The position numbers were made by a program, and so were the translations under genes. A stretch of 32,000 nt of DNA from Polyangiaceae bacterium (GTDB lineage: Bacteria > Myxococcota_A > Polyangia > Polyangiales > Polyangiaceae). Numbering within the stretch: position 1 is the stretch's first letter; each line of letters begins with the position of its first letter. Location: assembly GCA_050298815.1 (NCBI GenBank), contig JBNKUV010000091.1:70633-102632 (forward strand), in the 5' to 3' direction. The notes beneath the pieces were generated by a model, which ran no database searches, was not told the origin of the DNA, and was given only the letters and a program-made list of their open reading frames with translations. Shown piece by piece: positions 15,473 through 23,395 of the stretch.

Positions 15473-18154
15473 ATGGCGGGAGATGAATCAAACAGAAAGG
15501 TCGAGGTTGTTGCGATAGGCGAGCTGGGCAACATCCCGAGAGCCCTCGCTGAGCTGAATGTCAACGTTTCGCGCGTGGCTCACATGGGCCGTCTGAACGC
15601 CTGGTTTTCGTCACGCGCACGCTTCGCGTTGGTGGTACCCGAACGCCTGTGCAGAGCCGGCCACCATCTGCCCCTTGCCATGTGGAGGCGCCGCCTACCG
15701 CAGGTCCCGATTCTGGTCGGCGGACCAGAGGACCTCGAGGATCGGGCCTTGTGCTTTGGGCTCGATGGGTACCTTTCGGTCGACGCGCCACCGCGAAAGC
15801 TACTGAGTACGATTGAGCAAGCCATCGAAAGACGGCAGGCCCGCGCACAGCCTTGGATCGACGGTCCGCAAGGGGTAGCGTACTTGCGCTGGGATATCGT
15901 TGAATGCGCGGAAGTGTGCGACGCCCTGGCTGGGGAGGGATGGGGAGTCTACGAGTCCGTCGAACCCCGTCACCTACTGGGGCAGATCAGGGCGCGTCCG
16001 GACGCTCGAATTGTGTTGTGCCCCGCGGAGGCGAAGTTCGGAAGCCGAAGTCTCGTTGAGTGCCTGGTTGACTTTGATCCGCGCTTGCGTGTCGTGGTGA
16101 CCTCCAGTCACCCTGATGCTGAGCCCGTTTTGCGCGCACTGGCAGATGGGGCCTGCGACTATCTGCTTTCGCCCACCGGCCGTCACCAGGCGGTCGGTCT
16201 AGTTCGAGCGCAGGTCTCCGCGTACGTCCGAAGTGACAAAGCGTTCCCTGCCCTGAACGTGCTTGTAGTCGAGCAGCTCGCGGGTTTGGGAAAGCTGATC
16301 GTTGAGGTTCTCTCGCTCGACAACGAGGTTCGCCCCGACGTCGTCAGGGGACTCGACGCAGCAGTATCTGCAGTGAAGAGCTCAGTTTTTGACGCAGTCG
16401 TACTCCAAGCTCCCCTAGAGCGGGGTTCGATGGGCATCTTGAGGGACCTTCACACGTTGTCCAGAGCGACACCCACCACCCCCATCATAGTCCTCTCCCG
16501 GGAATGCACCGAAGACTATGAGGCAGCACAACGGCTGCTTGTTGCTGGCGCAGAAGATGTGGTCAGCGAGCAGCGCATTGGAGCAGAAGCACTGGCTTCG
16601 CGTGTGCGTAATGCGGTGGTGAGGTTCCGTTCGGGGCTCCAACGCTCGCGGTTCGTCCGAGACCTTCACCATCGCGAGGCCAGCCAAAAGGAGCTGGTCG
16701 CTCGTAGCCTTGATGCCATGATGGTGGTCGACTCCCATGACCGGGTAGCCTTCTGTAACCCGGCCGCCGAGCGTATGTTCTCCACTGGAAAGCGCGGACT
16801 GATAGGACTCAGGAGCCCGGTCCGTCCCCGGCCAAATGAGACGCTGGAAGTTCCGATCGAGACGAACGAAGGGGTTAGGATTGCCGAAGTCACCTGCTTG
16901 GAGATCCCCTGGAGGGGTAGTGAGGCATGGCTTGTCGCAGCGCGCGACGTGACAGAGCGCCACAACGCTGCGGCGCTTCGCGAAAGGCTGAGTCACCAGG
17001 ATCGGCTATCGGCGATTGGCCAACTCGCCGCAGGCATTGCTCACGAGATCAACAACCCCGCGTCCTACGTCGTCGCCAACACGCAGACGATTCAAGAACA
17101 CCTGGAACTCATGGCGAGATACCTCTCGGACGCGCCCGGGAAATTGCTGCAACTACACTCGGACATCCTTGAGATGACCAGGGAGAACCTGGACGGGATG
17201 AAGCGCATCAAGAGCATCACTAGTGACCTACGTTCGTTTTCCCGGATAGATAGCGATGAAGTGGCAGAGGTTGACGTCAACCAATGTGTGGAGTCCGCTA
17301 CTAGGATTGCGGCTAGTGCGTTGAAGCACCGCGGACGCTTGGTGGTGAACACACAGCCCCTGCCCCCCATCTCTGGCTCAAGTGCGAAATTGGCACAGGT
17401 CATGATCAACTTGGTGGTCAACGCGGCGCAGGCCCTTCCTGAAGGCAATGTGGACGGGAACCAGGTCCTGCTATCCACGTGCCTGCATGAGGACCACCTG
17501 CTCGTTAGTGTTGAGGACTCCGGCCCGGGCGTTCCAGTGCAAATTCGCGAGCGGATCTTCGACCCTTTCTTCACTACCAAAGCGCAGTATGAGGGCACTG
17601 GCCTCGGGCTGGCCATGTCGGCGGACATTGTCCGAATGCATGGGGGCCGCATTGAGGTAACTGATAGTCAGCTTGGTGGGGCTCGGTTTGACCTGTGGCT
17701 CCCTCGCCGAACGGGACTAACAGGCTCGGTGGCTCCGCCCAGGACCGTGACTCCAATACGAAAACCAGGCTCCCGCCTGCGAATCCTTGTGATCGATGAT
17801 GAGCCGCTGGTCTTGCGGTCCTTTTCGCGGATGTTGCGGGATCATGAGGTGGTGACAGCGCTTGGGGGAGAAGAGGGGATACGGGTCCTGGCTGGCGCGA
17901 CGGACTTCGACGTGATTCTGTGTGATCTAATGATGCCGGGAGTCGACGGTTCGCAGGTGTTTGAGTGCGTCGCCGCGCGCGGTCCAGAGCTCCGTAGGAA
18001 GTTTGTCTTTTGTAGCGGCGGCGCGTTTTCCACGCGAGTGACCGAGTTCCTCAAGGAGAATGCGCCCCCGCTGCTGGAGAAACCGATCACAATCGAGGAT
18101 TTTCAAGCGGCTGTGGCCAGATTGTCCGCTACGGATCTCCGGGTTGTACAGTAA
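15473..18154 (+). CDS. Hybrid sensor histidine kinase: degenerate receiver-like N-terminal region, PAS, HisKA, HATPase_c, C-terminal REC
   Basis: H-box AAGIAHEINNPASYV, N-box NLVVNAAQAL, G-boxes DSGPGVP and GTGLGLAM. REC with VILCDLMMPGVDG. The start codon is not supported by an obvious SD. Confidence 0.85.
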   Translation: MAGDESNRKVEVVAIGELGNIPRALAELNVNVSRVAHMGRLNAWFSSRARFALVVPERLCRAGHHLPLAMWRRRLPQVPILVGGPEDLEDRALCFGLDGYLSVDAPPRKLLSTIEQAIERRQARAQPWIDGPQGVAYLRWDIVECAEVCDALAGEGWGVYESVEPRHLLGQIRARPDARIVLCPAEAKFGSRSLVECLVDFDPRLRVVVTSSHPDAEPVLRALADGACDYLLSPTGRHQAVGLVRAQVSAYVRSDKAFPALNVLVVEQLAGLGKLIVEVLSLDNEVRPDVVRGLDAAVSAVKSSVFDAVVLQAPLERGSMGILRDLHTLSRATPTTPIIVLSRECTEDYEAAQRLLVAGAEDVVSEQRIGAEALASRVRNAVVRFRSGLQRSRFVRDLHHREASQKELVARSLDAMMVVDSHDRVAFCNPAAERMFSTGKRGLIGLRSPVRPRPNETLEVPIETNEGVRIAEVTCLEIPWRGSEAWLVAARDVTERHNAAALRERLSHQDRLSAIGQLAAGIAHEINNPASYVVANTQTIQEHLELMARYLSDAPGKLLQLHSDILEMTRENLDGMKRIKSITSDLRSFSRIDSDEVAEVDVNQCVESATRIAASALKHRGRLVVNTQPLPPISGSSAKLAQVMINLVVNAAQALPEGNVDGNQVLLSTCLHEDHLLVSVEDSGPGVPVQIRERIFDPFFTTKAQYEGTGLGLAMSADIVRMHGGRIEVTDSQLGGARFDLWLPRRTGLTGSVAPPRTVTPIRKPGSRLRILVIDDEPLVLRSFSRMLRDHEVVTALGGEEGIRVLAGATDFDVILCDLMMPGVDGSQVFECVAARGPELRRKFVFCSGGAFSTRVTEFLKENAPPLLEKPITIEDFQAAVARLSATDLRVVQ

Positions 18155-18186
18155 CCCGGCACGTTTGCGAAGGAGTCCATCAAAGA

Positions 18187-20289
18187 ATGCACGAACCAGC
18201 CCAAGAAGTTCACGTAGAGGAGCACAGCGTCCTGGTGGTGGACGATGATCCTCAGGTACGGAGCAGTTTGTCCACGGCATTGGCGGATGCCGGGATCCCG
18301 GCCATAGTCGCCGCGACAGCTGAAGAAGCTCTGGCGCTGGCGGACGGGATACCGTTGCTGGCTCTGGTTACCGAGCTGTGCATACCGGGAATGGGGGGTC
18401 TAGCGCTGATGCAAAGACTGAGCACCATGCATCCCAATGCCCGCTTCATCGCCACGGCGAATGCTCCCGTTGATTTCAGTCTCTTTCCAAAAGGACATCG
18501 CACCAAGTTCCTGTCCAAGCCGGTCAACGCTGAACGAGTTCTTTCGCTGATTCGTCAAGAAGGACCACTCAAGTCGAGTTATCCCCCCGCCCCAATTCAC
18601 GTCCAGCGAGCGACCAATCTGCTGCTAGTAGAGGACAGCCAAGCGGACGCTGCGCTCTTCTCCACCGCGCTCCGCATTGGTGCTCCTGACAGGTACGAGG
18701 TTACGCATGTCTCGACCCTCGCCGCTGCGCAGAAGGCGCTCGCAGAACAGTCTTTCGACATTGTCTGCGTCGACATGCATCTGCCCGACTCAGATGGGCC
18801 TCAAACCGTCATCAAGCTCATCTCAGAGGCTTTCGATGTCAGCGTGGTGGTGATCTCTCACTCCGACGACGAGCAGCTAGCTCTGAAGACTGTTCAAGCA
18901 GGGGCTCAAGACTTCCTCGTCAAAGGGAAACTCGGCCCGCAGTCGATCGTCAAGGCGCTGAAGTACGCTCGAGAAAGAAAGACGGTAGAGCTCAGACTTT
19001 CGGAAATGGCGCTCAAAGACCCGCTAACTGACCTAGCAAACCGCACCTCGTTTCGACAACGAGTCGCGCGCGCTGTGAGCCGATGTAGAAGGTCTGGTCA
19101 GTCCTTTGCAGTGCTGCTTGTGGACTTGGATCGCTTCAAGCCTATCAACGACAACTTCGGACACGATGTGGGAGACGCCTTCCTGACATGTGTAGCGAAA
19201 CGACTTCGCGACGCGACTCGCCCGACCGACTTGGTTGCCCGACTTGGCGGAGACGAATTTGCTCTTCTATTGGACCCCGTGCCTCCAGACCTGGGGGTAG
19301 AGGAACTAGCGACACGCATTCTAGACAGGTTGCGCCAGTCCCTCGAATTGGGAGGGACGACAATGCGACCATCTGCGAGCATCGGTGTGGCGCTTTTTCC
19401 AGATGCGGGTCGGGATTGCGACTCTCTGTTGGCAGCGGCTGACGCAGCGATGTATGCGATCAAGGAGAACGGGCGCAACAGCGTCCAGGTACATGGTAAG
19501 GAGCTGGGGGCGGCGGTCAGAACGAAACTCCTCCTGGAACAGAGTCTTCGGAGGGCAGTTCAGAAAGAGTTGTTTCAGCTACACTACCAACCCATAGTGG
19601 GCCCACAAGGTTACTTGCTAGGGGTAGAAGCGCTGTTGCGTTGGCCGCGAGAAAACAGTGTGGAGCCCGCAGAGCGTTTCATCGGCCCGCTGGAGGACAT
19701 GGGCCTAGTTGCAGAGGTAGGGCCGTGGGTCTTGAACGAAGCGTGTCTTCAACTGCAGCTTTGGCGTCAGCAGGGGTGCCATGTACCGAGTATGAGCATC
19801 AACGTTTCCCCTGCGCAGTTTCTTTCTGCGGAGTTGGCAGATCAGGTGAAGGCCTCGTTGGACCGGTCCGGGCTGCGCGGAGAGGATATCATGTTGGAAA
19901 TCACGGAGCGGACGCTGCTTTCCGAGGATGACCTCACCAGGAATCTACTTGGAGATATTGCCAATCTGGGATGTCGCATTGCTTTGGACGACTTCGGAAC
20001 GGGGTATTCATCGCTCGCTCATCTGAACAACTTCCCGATCACCGACGTCAAGATTGACCGGAGTCTTGTTCGCGACATTTCCGAGTCATCGCGACGCCGC
20101 GCACTGGTCGGGGCGGTTCTTGGCCTAGCTTCAAGTCTGGGACTTGGGGTTGCCGCCGAGGGCGTAGAGAATGAGGTACAGGCCCAAGTGCTGCGGCAGC
20201 AAGGATGCAAGGCTTTTCAAGGGTTTCTCTATGGCCGTCCGACCAGCGCTGAAGACTTTCAGAGAACTTGGTCCGCTGCATCCGCCTGA
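18187..20289 (+). CDS. REC-REC-GGDEF-EAL protein (c-di-GMP synthase/phosphodiesterase)
   Basis: GGDEF intact (RLGGDEFALLL) with RxxD (RPTD) 5 residues upstream. EAL motifs EALLRW, DDFGTGYSS, KIDRS, EGVE, QGFLYGRP. REC2 has DMHLPDSDG. REC1 has Glu at the acceptor position. Confidence 0.9.
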   Translation: MHEPAQEVHVEEHSVLVVDDDPQVRSSLSTALADAGIPAIVAATAEEALALADGIPLLALVTELCIPGMGGLALMQRLSTMHPNARFIATANAPVDFSLFPKGHRTKFLSKPVNAERVLSLIRQEGPLKSSYPPAPIHVQRATNLLLVEDSQADAALFSTALRIGAPDRYEVTHVSTLAAAQKALAEQSFDIVCVDMHLPDSDGPQTVIKLISEAFDVSVVVISHSDDEQLALKTVQAGAQDFLVKGKLGPQSIVKALKYARERKTVELRLSEMALKDPLTDLANRTSFRQRVARAVSRCRRSGQSFAVLLVDLDRFKPINDNFGHDVGDAFLTCVAKRLRDATRPTDLVARLGGDEFALLLDPVPPDLGVEELATRILDRLRQSLELGGTTMRPSASIGVALFPDAGRDCDSLLAAADAAMYAIKENGRNSVQVHGKELGAAVRTKLLLEQSLRRAVQKELFQLHYQPIVGPQGYLLGVEALLRWPRENSVEPAERFIGPLEDMGLVAEVGPWVLNEACLQLQLWRQQGCHVPSMSINVSPAQFLSAELADQVKASLDRSGLRGEDIMLEITERTLLSEDDLTRNLLGDIANLGCRIALDDFGTGYSSLAHLNNFPITDVKIDRSLVRDISESSRRRALVGAVLGLASSLGLGVAAEGVENEVQAQVLRQQGCKAFQGFLYGRPTSAEDFQRTWSAASA

Positions 20290-20327
20290 GGTGGGCCCCG
20301 ATTCGCCCTGGAGGCTGAACGCGAAGC

Positions 20328-21044
20328 TTGCTAGTCTTAGAACCCGTGAATCGTTCTCCCGAAGCAGCGAACACCGTCTCTCGAGCTGAGCAACGCCTGA
20401 GTGAAGTGGGGGTTGCTCTGTCCCATGATGTCCGGGCACCGCTGCGTGCGGTCCATGCCTTTGCTGAACGTCTGGAGGTCACGCTCGGTTCAGAACTTCA
20501 AGGTGTCCAGCGGGAGTACCTACGGTTCATGATTGACGGCGCCACTCAGCTGAACACGATGCTTCAGGGTTTGCTTCTTCTCGTCCGGGTCGGCGAAGAT
20601 GTTCGGGAGCCCGTTGAGGCCGTTTCCATACCCCGGTTGCTGGATCAGATTGATGTCGGGGGGCTACTGGTTCGGGTCCAGGGAGAACTTCCGCTGGTTC
20701 GTGGCCGAGTCTCTCAGCTCAGAACCGTAACGAGCGCATTGACCTCCAACGCCTTGAAGTTCCGTCATCCAGACAGAGAGCCAGAGCTGACCATTTCAAC
20801 GGAGAAGGAAGCCGCCAATTCCGTCGTGCTGCGTTTTCAGGACAACGGCATAGGCGTGGCTCCAAGTCAGCAGAATCGCCTATTCAAGCTCTTCACGCGC
20901 CTACACACGCGGGAAGCATATCCGGGTGAAGGGCTGGGGTTGGTCACAGTGCGCTGGATAGCTGAGGAGTATGGCGGATCGGTCTGGCTCGAGTCCGATG
21001 GTCAGACGGGAACTGCAGTTTTCCTCCGCCTTCCTGGCGCTTGA
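20328..21044 (+). CDS. Soluble histidine kinase core (DHp + HATPase_c) without a sensor domain
   Basis: H-box LSHDVRAPLRAV, N-box SNALKF, G1 DNGIGV, G2 GEGLGL. Only about 30 aa precede the H-box. TTG start at 20328; a GTG at 20346 is the alternative. Confidence 0.75.
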   Translation: MLVLEPVNRSPEAANTVSRAEQRLSEVGVALSHDVRAPLRAVHAFAERLEVTLGSELQGVQREYLRFMIDGATQLNTMLQGLLLLVRVGEDVREPVEAVSIPRLLDQIDVGGLLVRVQGELPLVRGRVSQLRTVTSALTSNALKFRHPDREPELTISTEKEAANSVVLRFQDNGIGVAPSQQNRLFKLFTRLHTREAYPGEGLGLVTVRWIAEEYGGSVWLESDGQTGTAVFLRLPGA

Positions 21045-21045
21045 G

Positions 21046-21468
21046 CTAGTTTCTTTCTGCAGACTCGTGAGAAAAGTGAGTTCGAAGTAGCTCCTTGAGC
21101 AGAGCCTCACTCAGTGGCTTGGTACAAAATTGGTGCACTAGGGGATGACCCTGGGCGCGCTGTTCGTCTTCCGGGTTCCGAGATGTAGTGAGCATCACAA
21201 CAACAATGGCCCCCAGGCCATCTGGAAAGCGCTCGTACAGACGATCCAGTAGCTCCCACCCAGTCATCTTAGGCATATTGATATCTAGGAAGATGAGGTC
21301 AGGCGGAGGGTCACCTTTGAGGTGCTGGTCAATGAGGTATGCTACTGCGTCCAAGGGATCCGTCTTGGAATTCACCTTCTGGCAACAGTTCAGCCCCTCA
21401 ATGAGCTCCGTGTGCAAGAAGTTGTCCGCTTCGTAGTCGTCAACTAGCAGAATTTCTTTGAGCAGCAT
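21046..21468 (-). CDS. Single-domain response regulator
   Basis: ILLVDDYEADN, LIFLDINMPKMTG, MLTTS, CTKP. ATG 21468 chosen. It overlaps the 3' end of the upstream HK gene by 29 nt. Confidence 0.85.
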   Translation of the reverse strand: MLLKEILLVDDYEADNFLHTELIEGLNCCQKVNSKTDPLDAVAYLIDQHLKGDPPPDLIFLDINMPKMTGWELLDRLYERFPDGLGAIVVVMLTTSRNPEDEQRAQGHPLVHQFCTKPLSEALLKELLRTHFSHESAERN

Positions 21469-23341
21469 TCTGAGTACCTTCCTGTATAGTGAACACGAGA
21501 CGAGCGCCTCCCAAGGGGGAGTCTTCCACCCAAATCCGTCCCCCATGAAGCAGAACAATCTTCTTGGCGTGCGCTAATCCTATCCCAACGTCTGCGGTCG
21601 CACCGCGGGCCTGAGCCCGGTAAAACATCCGGAACACGCGTTCTCGGTCTGGGGTCGAGATGCCAGGACCGTTGTCATCCACCCATACTCTCCAACCATC
21701 CCGGTCCGCGGCAGAGTCGACGACGATGTGTGGGGAGGTATGCTCCGGGACGAACTTGAGCGCATTGCTGATCAAGCTGTGAAGTAGTAGACCTAGCTCC
21801 TTACGGAAACCCCAGAAGCTAGGCAAATGGGTGAGCTCCATGTCAGCTCGACGCACGTCGATGAGGGCGCTCAACTCCGCGATCACTTCTTGAGCCACAA
21901 TATTCAAGTCCACCATCTCGGCATGCGCGTGCCTCCCAATTCGACTTAGGTCCAGTAGGCCGTCAATCAAGCCGGTCATGCGCTCCGCCGCCTCACCCAC
22001 GTACCGCACACACTGTTGCCCTTTCGCATCCAGCTGCGTGCTGTACCTTGCGCTCAGCAAATCAGCAAAGCTCGACAGAGTTCTGAGAGGTTCTTGAAGA
22101 TCGTGAGAGGCAACGTGGGCGAACTCCTCCAGTTCACGGTTAGCTATGCGAAGGCGCTGGTTCTGCAGAGCCAGACTTATAGCCTGACGCAAGCTGTCCC
22201 CTAGGATCCTTGCGTCACCGGTGAGGTCTTCGGGAATCTCTATATGGGCGTCGTTGGTGGACATTCGTTGCGCAGCATGGATGAGCTTCCGCAGTGGGCT
22301 CGAGGCGACGTTCGTCAGCCAAAGTCCAACAAGCAAGCCCAGGAACGTCAGTCCGCTGATCAGAGCCAATAGTTCGGGGATTGACTGCTTAAAGGCTTCC
22401 AGCCCGACAGACTGCGGAAGGTGGAGTAACACTCCCAATCTGCGTGCTTGGGGATTGTCGCGTTCCAGCGCAATCGACCGCGCACTCGTGACGCCCTCTG
22501 GGCCGATTTGGGTCTCTTCTCCGTGCTGTTGCAGCGCTGAGTGGAGCATTGGCAGCTCCTCAGACAGAGTAGCACGACGTCCGTGCTCCCATTCAAACGC
22601 TCTCTCGCCTTCGGGGTGGACCAGAAACTGGCCTTCGTGATTGACGACGTAGGTCGTGTGCAGTCCTTCCCCTTCTCGCAACTGCTGTAGTAGCCGGGTC
22701 GCCGCCATGTTGATGATTACCAACCCGTAGGGCCTGCCCCGGCCCTCCTCCAGTACTGGAACCGCCGCCCTGATCACGGGCGTATCAGCCTGAATAATTC
22801 CCCACTCTCGGTTGAGCTCGATATCACTCAGGTACACGCGGTTGGGCGTGTTCAAGATATCCAGCGCTGCTTTCACATATGGACGGTGGCCCTTCTTCTG
22901 AAGCCGTTCCTTTGCCGTCTCACGGACTCCATCCGCCGTTCGCTCAACGCGCACTAATTCCAGTCCCTCGTTGGCCACTCCGACAAACCTGGCTTGGAGG
23001 TACTGCTCCTTTGTTCGTAGCAGCTGACTGAAGATCATGGCGAGCCTTCGCTTCCACTCTTGTGCGCTTGACCCATCAACGGGGTCCGTTCCGCCGTTCG
23101 CCTCCGCACGCGCCAGGCCTTGAATTGGAGGTGTCCCCGCCAGCAACTCAACGTCGCCCTCGAGCTCCCTTATCAGCCCGTCGAAAGCTGTGGCGTTGCG
23201 GTCTAGCAGCTGAGCTTGCTTGGCCAATTCCACCTCCGCCGTGTTGCGGATGGAAAGCGTTGCCAGGTATCCCGCGGATGCAATTGACGTTGCCAGGGTA
23301 GAGCCGGCAACGGCGAGCGCGAACTTTGAGAACAGCTTCAT
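21440..23341 (-). CDS. Membrane sensor histidine kinase (TM - extracytoplasmic Cache-like domain - TM - HAMP - HisKA - HATPase_c)
   Basis: N-terminal TM FALAVAGSTLATSIASAGYL and second TM LISGLTFLGLLVGLWL. H-box ASHDLQEPLRTL. SNALKF, DDNGPGI, GIGLAHAK. ATG 23341 (MKLFSK) chosen; the track start is TTG 23353. Confidence 0.85.
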   Translation of the reverse strand: MKLFSKFALAVAGSTLATSIASAGYLATLSIRNTAEVELAKQAQLLDRNATAFDGLIRELEGDVELLAGTPPIQGLARAEANGGTDPVDGSSAQEWKRRLAMIFSQLLRTKEQYLQARFVGVANEGLELVRVERTADGVRETAKERLQKKGHRPYVKAALDILNTPNRVYLSDIELNREWGIIQADTPVIRAAVPVLEEGRGRPYGLVIINMAATRLLQQLREGEGLHTTYVVNHEGQFLVHPEGERAFEWEHGRRATLSEELPMLHSALQQHGEETQIGPEGVTSARSIALERDNPQARRLGVLLHLPQSVGLEAFKQSIPELLALISGLTFLGLLVGLWLTNVASSPLRKLIHAAQRMSTNDAHIEIPEDLTGDARILGDSLRQAISLALQNQRLRIANRELEEFAHVASHDLQEPLRTLSSFADLLSARYSTQLDAKGQQCVRYVGEAAERMTGLIDGLLDLSRIGRHAHAEMVDLNIVAQEVIAELSALIDVRRADMELTHLPSFWGFRKELGLLLHSLISNALKFVPEHTSPHIVVDSAADRDGWRVWVDDNGPGISTPDRERVFRMFYRAQARGATADVGIGLAHAKKIVLLHGGRIWVEDSPLGGARLVFTIQEGTQNAAQRNSAS

Positions 23342-23395
23342 TCTACTGTGCAACTTGAGACAGCGCCGCGCGGAGACCCGAGCTGGGCGCCACGT

